The notes under the pieces are model-generated. The model saw nothing but the letters and a program-made list of their open reading frames with translations. It did not search any database and had not been told where the DNA came from. This document shows, piece after piece, positions 35,510 to 44,900 of a stretch of DNA of 64,000 nucleotides. Numbering within the stretch: the first letter of the stretch is position 1; every line of letters begins with the position of its first letter. This stretch comes from Bacteroidota bacterium. GTDB lineage: Bacteria > Bacteroidota > Bacteroidia > Bacteroidales > CG2-30-32-10. Where the stretch lies: assembly GCA_013377115.1 (NCBI GenBank), contig JACAAW010000003.1:7325-71324 (forward strand), written 5' to 3'. Made by a program: the position numbers and the translations under genes.

Positions 35510-37900
35510 ATGAAGAAAAAAAAACATTTATTTTTTACAGCTTTTCTATTTTTTATTTTTCAATTCATATTTCTTAATCAAAGTTTTTCACAAGTTCAAA
35601 CCATTAAAGGGACTTTGATTGAAAAAGGAACGAAAAAAACGATTGCATTTGCAAAAGTTGGAGTAAAATCAATAAACATTGGAACTGCTACTGATGTTAA
35701 TGGTGAGTTCAAACTTGAACTTCAGCCAGGAACCTACACATTGGTATTTTCGTCATTAGAATATGATAAGCTGTCAGTTGATATTTCTGTGAAGAATGAA
35801 ATTCAAAATCAGTTAATATTCGAATTAAAAGCCGCCACTCATCAACTTGATGAAATTATTGTTGCTGCTTCCAAATACAATCAAAAATTAGAAGAATCTA
35901 CTTCAACAATTGAAATTATTAAGCCTTCTATAATTGAATCGAAGAATATTATTTCTATTGATAAAGCAATAGAACAAGTCCCTGGAGTTGCAATTATTGA
36001 TAACGAGCCTCAGATTAGGGGTGGCAGTGGTTTTAGTTCTGGATTGGGGAGCAGAGTTATGATTTTGATTGATGAAATTCCAATGCTTCGTCCTGATGCT
36101 GGTCGTCCAGTCTGGTCATTCCTACCAGTCGAAGATGTTGAGCAAATTGAAGTTGTGAAAGGTGCTTCATCAGTTATTTATGGCTCATCAGCATTAAACG
36201 GTGCAATAAATATCCGAACAGCATTTCCAAAAGAGAATTCTTCAACTAAAGTTACAATACATAGTGGTTTATATAGTGTTCCAGAACAAACTTATTCGAA
36301 AACTTGGGATGGTTTTAATCCAATTATCCTAGGCGCGAGTTTGATTAAAACAAAAAGAATTAACAACGTTGATCTTACTTTTGGCGGAAATTTTTTATCG
36401 GACCCTGGATATATTGCTGGCCCACCAAATGATTCAACTGGAGAATATAAAAATGGAGAATTTCAGAAAAATTTCAGGTTTAATTTTGGAACTAGAGTTC
36501 GTTCAAATCATGTTGAAGGTTTGACATATGGTTTAAATGGGAATTTCATGTATTCTAAAAATACACAGTCTTATTTTTGGATGGATTCGGATACCAATAT
36601 TTATAGATCATATCCAGGGGCAATTACAAATTTTAATGAATTCCAATTCTATCTAGATCCATATATTAAGTATTTTAATTCTAAAGGCGGAACCCATTCA
36701 TTGAAGAACAGGTTTTATTACAGTAACAATGGTGCTAGCAATAATCAATCAACCATGTCGTATTCTTTATATGATGAATACACTTTTTCTAAAACCTTTA
36801 AAAAACTTGATAATTTGTTTTTTATTTTTGGATTATCAAATATATACGCCTATTCTTTTGGCGAAGTTTTTTCGGGAACATTTAATACTAACGGTTCCAA
36901 AACGTCAGAAAATGCTTCAACTTTTATTCAGTTAGAAAAGAAGTTTTTTAAATTCCTTACAATATCTGGTGGGGCAAGATGGGAGTATTTTGCAATAGAA
37001 AATTACAAAACCAATAAACCGGTTTTTAGGGCAGGTGCAAATGCAAAAGTTACCAAGGCTACATATGTGAGGGCGTCTTGGGGACAAGGATTCCGTTTCC
37101 CAAGTATTGGTGAAAGATATATTTCCACTTTCTCAGGAAATTTCGGAATTTACCCAAATCCTGAGCTAAAAGCAGAAAATAGCTGGAATGCTGAAATTGG
37201 CATAAAACAATTATTTAAAATTGGCAAGTTTATGGGATTTTTGGATGTTTGCGGATTTTGGCAAGAATATCAAAATTATATTGAATTTAATGCTGGTTAT
37301 TGGGGTACCGACGCTGATATTAAAAAGAATTTGGGTTATAAATTTTTGAATACTGCTGATGCCAGAGTTACTGGCATTGATATTTCACTTATTGGAGAAT
37401 GTAAAGTTTCAGACGATTTTTCATTTGGATTGTTTGGTGGATATACCTATACTCATCCTATTTCTTTAGATCCTGACAAAGTTTATTATGTAAATCCAAA
37501 TTCGGTGAATACGGTTTTTAGTTATGCTTCAACATCTTCTGATACAACTGGAAATATTTTAAAATATAGGTTCGAGCATTTGGGAAAGCTTGATATAGAA
37601 GTTAAGTACAAGTCTTTTGCCCTAGGATTAGGGGCCAAGTATTATGGTTTTATGAAAAATATTGACAAGTTTTTTTATGATACAGATAGACCTGGATTTT
37701 TTCAAACTGGTATAAAAGATTATAGGAAAGTAAATAATAATGGAAGTTTTGTTTTTGATGCTAGGATTAGCTATAATTTAAGTAGTCATTTTAAATTTGC
37801 ATTATTGATTAATAATTTCTTTAATTCGCAATATTCACTTAGACCAATTTCTATTGAGTCGCCCAGAGTTACTTCAATTCAATTAATTTATAAAGTATAA
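35510..37900 (+). CDS. TonB-dependent outer-membrane transporter with CarboxypepD_reg N-domain
   Basis: 'IKGTLIEKGTKKTIAFAKVGV...TDVNGEFKLELQPGTYTLVFS' is regulatory-like. The plug region reads 'LDEIIVAAS...IEIIK...PGV...IRGGSG', followed by 'IEVVKGASSVIYGSSALNGAINI' and a 22-strand-size barrel. Confidence 0.9.
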   Translation: MKKKKHLFFTAFLFFIFQFIFLNQSFSQVQTIKGTLIEKGTKKTIAFAKVGVKSINIGTATDVNGEFKLELQPGTYTLVFSSLEYDKLSVDISVKNEIQNQLIFELKAATHQLDEIIVAASKYNQKLEESTSTIEIIKPSIIESKNIISIDKAIEQVPGVAIIDNEPQIRGGSGFSSGLGSRVMILIDEIPMLRPDAGRPVWSFLPVEDVEQIEVVKGASSVIYGSSALNGAINIRTAFPKENSSTKVTIHSGLYSVPEQTYSKTWDGFNPIILGASLIKTKRINNVDLTFGGNFLSDPGYIAGPPNDSTGEYKNGEFQKNFRFNFGTRVRSNHVEGLTYGLNGNFMYSKNTQSYFWMDSDTNIYRSYPGAITNFNEFQFYLDPYIKYFNSKGGTHSLKNRFYYSNNGASNNQSTMSYSLYDEYTFSKTFKKLDNLFFIFGLSNIYAYSFGEVFSGTFNTNGSKTSENASTFIQLEKKFFKFLTISGGARWEYFAIENYKTNKPVFRAGANAKVTKATYVRASWGQGFRFPSIGERYISTFSGNFGIYPNPELKAENSWNAEIGIKQLFKIGKFMGFLDVCGFWQEYQNYIEFNAGYWGTDADIKKNLGYKFLNTADARVTGIDISLIGECKVSDDFSFGLFGGYTYTHPISLDPDKVYYVNPNSVNTVFSYASTSSDTTGNILKYRFEHLGKLDIEVKYKSFALGLGAKYYGFMKNIDKFFYDTDRPGFFQTGIKDYRKVNNNGSFVFDARISYNLSSHFKFALLINNFFNSQYSLRPISIESPRVTSIQLIYKV

Positions 37901-37903
37901 ATA

Positions 37904-38677
37904 ATGAATTCTAAAATTTACTATCGTTTTTTTCAGTTAATATTTTTCGCAGGAATAATATTAATCTCCTCTTGTAAGAAAGATCCAGAACCAGAACCAA
38001 TTCCAGAACCACCACCAGTTTTAACCTGTAATTTGAATATTACCGGAGGTTGTCTTGATCAATGGGCTAATGTTGATGATGGTTATGGAAATGTTTGGAT
38101 GGAACCAGTAGGTGGCTTCCTTGGAACCTTAAATCAGTTGTACTCTTTACCAGCATCTCTCGGCGGTCCAGGACCTTTAACTGTTGATTCAACAATTGAT
38201 AAATATTCAGGCATATATGCAGCAAAATTGACAACTAAGATGTTTTCTCCAACTGGAACAAATAATATTTTAATACCTGGTTTATTGGGTGCGGCTAACT
38301 TGGATATTGCAAATCAAACCATACATATTGGAAAACCTTATACTCAAAAGCCCACGAGTTTTCAAGGATATTTTAAATATGCTCCAGTTAATGGAGATTC
38401 TGCATTAATTGAGGTTTATATTCATAAATACAATGTTGCATTGCATAAAAGAGATACTATTGGTTATGTAAGGAAGACATACAATACCACCGTTTCTAAT
38501 TATACAGCATTTAATTTGGCTCTTAATTATAATCCAGCGTATGCTAGCTTAACACCAGATTCTGTTTCAATTTTAATGGTTTCGAGTGCCGGAATTAATC
38601 TAAATAGCTTGCAAAATTGTGTTGGACAAGTTGGAAGTACACTTTGGATTGATGAAGTATCTTTTATATTACCTTAA
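37904..38677 (+). CDS. PCMD-domain lipoprotein
   Basis: Lipobox 'LISSC' followed by the linker 'KKDPEPEPIPEPPP'. 'GCLDQWAN', 'KPTSFQGYFKY', 'TPDSVSILMVSS' and 'STLWIDEVSF' are homologous to the protein at 34581. Confidence 0.65.
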   Translation: MNSKIYYRFFQLIFFAGIILISSCKKDPEPEPIPEPPPVLTCNLNITGGCLDQWANVDDGYGNVWMEPVGGFLGTLNQLYSLPASLGGPGPLTVDSTIDKYSGIYAAKLTTKMFSPTGTNNILIPGLLGAANLDIANQTIHIGKPYTQKPTSFQGYFKYAPVNGDSALIEVYIHKYNVALHKRDTIGYVRKTYNTTVSNYTAFNLALNYNPAYASLTPDSVSILMVSSAGINLNSLQNCVGQVGSTLWIDEVSFILP

Positions 38678-38680
38678 GTC

Positions 38681-39160
38681 TTAATATTCAATTTTATCAT
38701 CCTTTGCTTTCCATTCTTGGAATGCTTCTAAACCTTCTTCTCTGAAAATATTTTCGGATTGGATTTTTCTTTTATCGAAACCGGTATTGATTTCTTCATA
38801 AATAAACGAATCATCGAACCCAATATTGGCCGCATCGGTTTTGGTGCATGCAAAATATAGCTTTTGTGGTCGAGCCCAATAAATTGCACCCAAACACATA
38901 GGGCATGGCTCACAACTTGAATAAATTTCACATGAATCTAACTGGAAGCTATTTAATTTTTTACAAGCATTTCTAATAGCTGAGACTTCGGCATGTGCTG
39001 TTGGATCATTGGATGAAGTGACAGAATTTACTCCTGTGGCAATTATCTCACCATTTTTAACAATAACAGCACCAAAAGGTCCGCCGTTTCCAGTAATAAC
39101 GTTTTCTTTGGCCAATCTAATTGCCTCCGACATGAAAAATTCTTTTGTGTTTTGATTCAT
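38681..39160 (-). CDS. guaD: Guanine deaminase (CDA-fold, B. subtilis GuaD type)
   Basis: 'GGPFGAVIVKNGEIIA.G.N.VT.SNDPTAHAEV.AIR.ACK.L....L..C..Y.SCEPCPMCLGAIYWARP......A..TDAA..GFDDSFIY.EI' is near-collinear with B. subtilis GuaD as I remember it. Confidence 0.85.
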   Translation of the reverse strand: MNQNTKEFFMSEAIRLAKENVITGNGGPFGAVIVKNGEIIATGVNSVTSSNDPTAHAEVSAIRNACKKLNSFQLDSCEIYSSCEPCPMCLGAIYWARPQKLYFACTKTDAANIGFDDSFIYEEINTGFDKRKIQSENIFREEGLEAFQEWKAKDDKIEY

Positions 39161-39183
39161 AATGATACAATATTATATAGGAA

Positions 39184-40362
39184 TCAAATAATATTTGATT
39201 TGATTATTTTACAAGCGTTAATTATTTGTCTATTTGTTATGTTAAGAGGAGGTGCTATTCGCATACAATTATCAGCAAATAAAAACCAGTCAACAATTAC
39301 ACCATCATTTACACATCTGTCAATAATAGGTTTTAAGGTTTCAAAATTTTCAAATTCAACAGAAAGGAGTAAACCTCTTCCTTTTACTTCTTTAATTTTT
39401 TTATGAACTAGAAGGTTTTTGAATAGTTTTTCTTTTTCAGCAACAGCATCAAGTAAATTTTCATTGATAATTACATCAATATTTGCCATAGCAGCCGCAC
39501 AAGAAACAGGATGTCCGCCAAAGGTTGTGATATGTCCAAGAATTGGATTATTTGTAAATGAGCTCATGATTTCTTTAGAAGAAATAAAAGCCCCAATTGG
39601 CATTCCTCCACCCATTCCTTTTGCAATGGTAATAATATCGGGTATTACATCAAAATTTTCGAAACCAAACATTTTACCCGTTCTGCCAAATCCAGTTTGG
39701 ATTTCATCCAAAATTAATAAAGTGCCAGTTTCATTGCATCTTTTCTGAAGTTTTTGCAGAAAATTATTCTCTGGTAAAACAACTCCAGCTTCTCCTTGAA
39801 TTGTCTCGGCGAATACAGCAGCAGTTTTTTTTGTGATTTCAGAAAGTTGGGTTTCATTATTGTAGTCCAAAAATTTAATTCCTGGAAGTAAGGGTCTGAA
39901 TGATTGTTTGAAACTTTCATTTCCCATAATGCTCAATGAGCCGTTGCTACTTCCATGATAAGCATTTTTAAATGCAATTATTTCATGACGGCCAGTATAA
40001 CGTTTGGCTAATTTCATTGCACCTTCAATTGCTTCACTTCCTGAATTAACAAAATAAGTTGAATTTAGGTTGTCAGGTAAAAGGTCTGATAATGTTTTTG
40101 CAAGTATAACTTGAGGAGATTGGATATATTCACCATACACCATAAGGTGCATGTATTTTTTTAATTGTTCTTGAGCAGCTTTAACAACTTTAGGATGGCA
40201 ATGGCCAATATTACTTACTGAAATTCCAGAAATTAAATCGAGATATTTTTGGCCATCCTTATCAAACATATAAGAACCTTTTGCCTTCACAATTTCAAGT
40301 GCTAAAGGAGCATCGCTGGTTTGAGCTAAATGATTTAGGAATAAAGATCTTTGGCTAATCAT
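39184..40362 (-). CDS. Class-III (PLP) aminotransferase, acetylornithine/ornithine aminotransferase-like
   Basis: 'NSGSEAIEGAMKLAK', 'LILDEIQTGFGRTGK' and 'DIITIAKGMGGGMPIGA' (the PLP lysine). Confidence 0.85.
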   Translation of the reverse strand: MISQRSLFLNHLAQTSDAPLALEIVKAKGSYMFDKDGQKYLDLISGISVSNIGHCHPKVVKAAQEQLKKYMHLMVYGEYIQSPQVILAKTLSDLLPDNLNSTYFVNSGSEAIEGAMKLAKRYTGRHEIIAFKNAYHGSSNGSLSIMGNESFKQSFRPLLPGIKFLDYNNETQLSEITKKTAAVFAETIQGEAGVVLPENNFLQKLQKRCNETGTLLILDEIQTGFGRTGKMFGFENFDVIPDIITIAKGMGGGMPIGAFISSKEIMSSFTNNPILGHITTFGGHPVSCAAAMANIDVIINENLLDAVAEKEKLFKNLLVHKKIKEVKGRGLLLSVEFENFETLKPIIDRCVNDGVIVDWFLFADNCMRIAPPLNITNRQIINACKIIKSNII

Positions 40363-40372
40363 AATTGAAAAT

Positions 40373-40714
40373 TTAATCCGTTAATTCTCCATGGATTGCC
40401 AACCAAAAGCAAGGTTGATCTTCAGAAATTTTAATTACTCTATGTTTTTTATGGGCAGGAATAAATAGATAATCACCTTCTATTAAATCGATAATTTCGT
40501 TATTCTCAAATTCAAGACTTGAAGCACCTTTTAAAAGGATTACCCATTCATCAAATATTTGATCATACCAATTATCGATTTTTGGACTTCCGAAACTGAT
40601 TATTTTCTCAATTGAAAGGTTTTCCCTAACAAGTATTTTACTAATTATTTCAGATGAACTGGAATTACTATCAAAAGGGGTTAAATCGAAAATATTATTT
40701 TTTATGACTGTCAT
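40373..40714 (-). CDS. Cupin-domain protein
   Basis: 'WYDQIFDEWVILLKGASSLEFENNEIIDLIEGDYLFIPAHKKHRV' is cupin-like. I trimmed the start to Met42 (ATG at 40714), 4 nt after the tsaC stop, because the longer track ORF overlaps tsaC. Confidence 0.7.
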   Translation of the reverse strand: MTVIKNNIFDLTPFDSNSSSSEIISKILVRENLSIEKIISFGSPKIDNWYDQIFDEWVILLKGASSLEFENNEIIDLIEGDYLFIPAHKKHRVIKISEDQPCFWLAIHGELTD

Positions 40715-40718
40715 ATTA

Positions 40719-41339
40719 TTATAGGTAATCTTCAAGAATTCCTTTTCCTTGGCGGATAATTTCGAATTCGTCATTGGTACAATCAACAACGGTTGAAGCC
40801 TCGTTATCGCCATAACCACCATCAACAACAATGTCAACTAAATCAGCATATTTTTCATGAATTAATTCAGGGTCTGTGGTGTATTCAATAACTTCATCTT
40901 CGTCATGAACAGAAGTAGACATAATTGGATGGCCTAATTCTTTTACAATTAATCTTATTATTTCGTTATCGGGAATTCTTATCCCTACAGTTTTTTTCTT
41001 GCTCTGAAATAATTTTGGGACATTATTATTTGATTCTAAAATAAATGTGAAAGGACCAGGTAAAGCCTTTTTCATAAGTTTGTAAGCATTGTTGCTGATT
41101 TGTTTTGTGTAATCAGAAATATGACTTAAGTCGTAACAAATAAATGAAAAATTCGCTTTTTCGAGTTTGATACCTTTAATTGAAGCAATTTTTTCAACCG
41201 CTTTATGCTTAAAAATGTCACATCCCATTCCGTAAACTGTATCGGTTGGAAATATAACAATACCTCCATCATTTAAACATTCAATAATTGTTTGAATGTA
41301 TTTTGGATTTGGATTTTCAGGGTAAATCTGAAGTAACAT
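40719..41339 (-). CDS. tsaC: L-threonylcarbamoyladenylate synthase (YrdC/TsaC family)
   Basis: 'GGIVIFPTDTVYGMGCD', 'KGIKLEKANFSFIC' and 'PGPFTFIL...VGIRIPDN'. Confidence 0.85.
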   Translation of the reverse strand: MLLQIYPENPNPKYIQTIIECLNDGGIVIFPTDTVYGMGCDIFKHKAVEKIASIKGIKLEKANFSFICYDLSHISDYTKQISNNAYKLMKKALPGPFTFILESNNNVPKLFQSKKKTVGIRIPDNEIIRLIVKELGHPIMSTSVHDEDEVIEYTTDPELIHEKYADLVDIVVDGGYGDNEASTVVDCTNDEFEIIRQGKGILEDYL

Positions 41340-41905
41340 TGTATGATTTTTTTTGTAAAATTAATCAATTTGAAGGATTTCAATAATATTTATTTCGGAT
41401 AATTTAAAATTATTCGAAAAGAACAAAGAAAAATATCAATGGTTTCTAAAATTTGATAATTACGAATGGTGATAAATTTGGAATAAATTATTGATGATTA
41501 TTAATATCTTATAATAGTTATAGGATATTACGTTTGTGGAATCTTTTCTATTCTTGGAAAGATTGAAAATTAAATTTGATATTTTTAATCGAAAATTTAA
41601 ATGTTTGAAATTTAAGCCTAAAAATTGAAATGGTATTTAGAATGATTTGAAATAGCGAAGACGGAATTTATTGGTAAAATCATTGTATTTCGACAAAGTT
41701 GAAATTATTGATGTTAAAATAAATGAAAGAATTGTATTAAAATACATCAAAAAATCACTTGACAAAAAGATAAATTATAGTTACATTTAGTAAAACAATT
41801 ATAGTTGTTTTCTTTTTTTTAGATGTTTGATTCTGGAGAAAGCGTATAATTCAATAGCATACAATTGTTAATGAAGTGTTTATCAGTAATTTAAATGTGC
41901 ATGTT

Positions 41906-44900
41906 ATGATAAGAAATATACAAATGTTCAAAGAAATTTCGAAATTGAGTTTAAACCTATTGGGCTATTTAATAATATGCTTATATTTCACTCTAATTTC
42001 TCAAAATTTAGCATCTCAAAATTCTTTAAATTCTAATTTTGAAACCAATGAATTTGTAAAAAATAATGGACAAATTTATGACATGAAAGGAAATCTCCTT
42101 AATGATGTTAAATTTGTTTTAAGATTGAAAAATGCAAATGCCTATTTTACAAATACTGGGATTATTTATCATCTTTATAAAACAGAGAAAAAATCTGATA
42201 AAGAACTAAGCAAGGAGCAAATTGAAAAAAGAAATAGGGGTGAAGTAATTCATAATGATAGTAAAACCTATTTTTTTAGGATTGATATGAATTTTATTAA
42301 TCCAAATTCCAACGCTGAAATTAATGGTGAACAGGAATCTAAGGTAAAAACCAATTATTATTTAGCATCTTGTCCAAATGGTGTTATTGATGTTCCTCAA
42401 TACAAAAAAATTACATATAAGAATATTTTTCAAAACATTGATTTGACTTTCTATTTTAAAGATGGAAATTTGAAATATGATTTTATTGTAAGACCAGGTG
42501 GCAATATCAATGATATTAAAATGTCATACAATGGTAGTGAAAGTGTGAAACTTAATGAAAATGGTTCAATTACAATTAAAACTCCAATGGGCCTTTTCAC
42601 TGAGAATTCACCATTTTCTTATTTATTAGGTACTAATAATATATTAGAGTCAAAACTTCAGATTGAAAAAGATATTATTAGTTTTCAAGTTGAGGATTAT
42701 GATAAAGGAAAAACAATTATTATTGATCCAGTTATAGGTTGGGCCACATATTTTAATAGTTCAACTGGAAGTGATTCATGGAGTAATGCTACTGTTGATA
42801 ATTCAGGAAATATATTTTGGTCAGGATATACCTTTTCAACCACTTTCCCGGTTTTAGATCCTGGTTCTGGTGCTTGGTTTGATGGTACCTTCCCTGCAAC
42901 TTTTCCTGATATTTCTGATTTAATTGTTGTAAAATTTGATCAATTTCATTCTAAGCTTTGGGCAACCTATTATGGCGGAAATAATGGAGATTTTTTAGCT
43001 GGTTATACTGATTATGGAAAATCAATGGCAATTGATAATAGCGGGAATATTTTTATTGCAGGTAATTTGGGTATGGGTACTACCATATTTCCAACTTTTG
43101 ATCCAGGAGGTGGAGCATGGTATCAGAATCAAACAAAAATAAAAGGAGAAAGTTCATTTTTATTAAAGTTCAGTAATTCTGGTGTAAGATTATGGGCAAC
43201 AATATTTGAACATGAAAATGCAAATAATAATCCTTCTGGAAATAGAATAACTGGGATAGTTTCAAATTCAAACAATTTGTTTATCACAGGTCAAGCTCAG
43301 AAATTAAATAATAATAATATACCTTTAAGAAATCCGGGTGCAGGAGCATATTATGAGCCAAACTTTATTGGTCAAAAAGATGCTTTTATTGGAAGATTTT
43401 CTCCTACACTAAATTTAGATTGGAATACATATATAAATTCGGCCAATCCAACGAAACAAGCTGATGCTTCTGGTCTCGATTTATGTGTTGATAAGGCTGG
43501 TAATATTTATTTAGTTGGTATTGAATCTGGGAATGCCACCTTAAATGACCACCATCCAATAATAAATCCTGGTGGAGGAGCATATATTCAGGCATTACCA
43601 CAAAGTAGTCAGAATTTTCAAATTCTTAAATTTAATTCAAGTTTAGTTCCTGTTTGGTCAACATATTTTGGAGGAAACAATACCGATATTCCTTCAAAAG
43701 TTACCGTTGATGCATTAGATAATTTGTTTATTATTGGTCGTTACACAAATAGTACAAACTTTCCTACTTTAGATGCTGGTGGTGGAGCTTATTATCAGCC
43801 CAATTTGGCATCTTCTGGACCATTAGGTTTTGATGGATTTATTTTAAAATTCAGTAGCTCAAGTAATTTAAAATGGTCTACTTATTATGGTGGAGGTGGT
43901 TTTAATGCATTTAATCATTTATCTGGCATTGCCACAGATGTTACAGGGAATATTTATGTCTCAGGATATACAAATAGTACTTTGTTTCCAGTACAAAGCA
44001 AACTAGGTTCTTATAATCAAATGAATAATGCTGGGGGTAATGATGGCGTTTTTATGAAATTCACAAATTCTGGCGTTCGTCAATGGTCTACTTATTATGG
44101 TGGTTCTAATAATGAATCGTTTTATGGTGAAAAATTAGGATTGATAAATTATCCTTGTGGTTCTGAAATATATGCTATGGGAGGAACAACAAGTGATGAT
44201 ATTCCCACATTTGATCCAGGGAATGGGGCCTTATATGAAAGTTCAAAACCAACATCCAATGCCGATTTTATTGTGATGTTTTCAGATATGAATGTTTTTT
44301 CTGTTGATCCAACTTCAATTTTGGTTTCTCAAAATCCAATTTGTCCCGGAGATTCTGTGATATTAACTGTAAACGGAGGTCTATTGGGTACTGCCGCTTC
44401 TTGGTATTGGTATATTTCTGGTAATATAATTCCAATTGATAGTGGGGCATCAATTACAGTTTCTCCAAATTCAATTACAACATATGAAGTTAGGGCAGAA
44501 GGAATGTGTAATATTACAAATGCAATTTCTGTAACGGTAAATGTTAGTGTTGAATCTATTGCACCAACAATGGTAACTGTTGATAATGGTGAATATTGTT
44601 TAAATACATCTCCTTTAACAATTACATTAACGGCTAATGGTGGATTGTTGGGTTCAGGTGCAACTGTAAATTGGTTTTCAGGAAGTTGTGGAGGAACATT
44701 TGTTGGAACTGGAAGTCCTTTAACAATAACAGCACCCACAGATTCAACAGTATTTTTTGCTAATTATTCAGGATTATGTAATAGCACTTCTTGTGTTTCT
44801 GTTCCTGTAAATGTGAATACTTTGACAATTCCACCGGTTTCTGCAATCGTTAGTCCTGCTATTTTTTGTCAAAATACAGCTCCTGCTGCAATAACTTTAA

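Noticed and set aside
35516-35524. A9 homopolymer right after the TBDT start codon (also A8 at 48478-48485 and A7 at 51272-51278) as slipped-strand phase-variation switches
   Set aside because: Lys-rich signal-peptide N-regions in an AT-rich genome generate such runs routinely. Without population data showing length variation this is not supportable.
40715-40837. N-terminal 41-aa extension of the cupin ORF (track start 40837)
   Set aside because: It overlaps the 3' end of tsaC in another frame. Met42 at 40714 gives a 4-nt intergenic gap and a normal cupin length.
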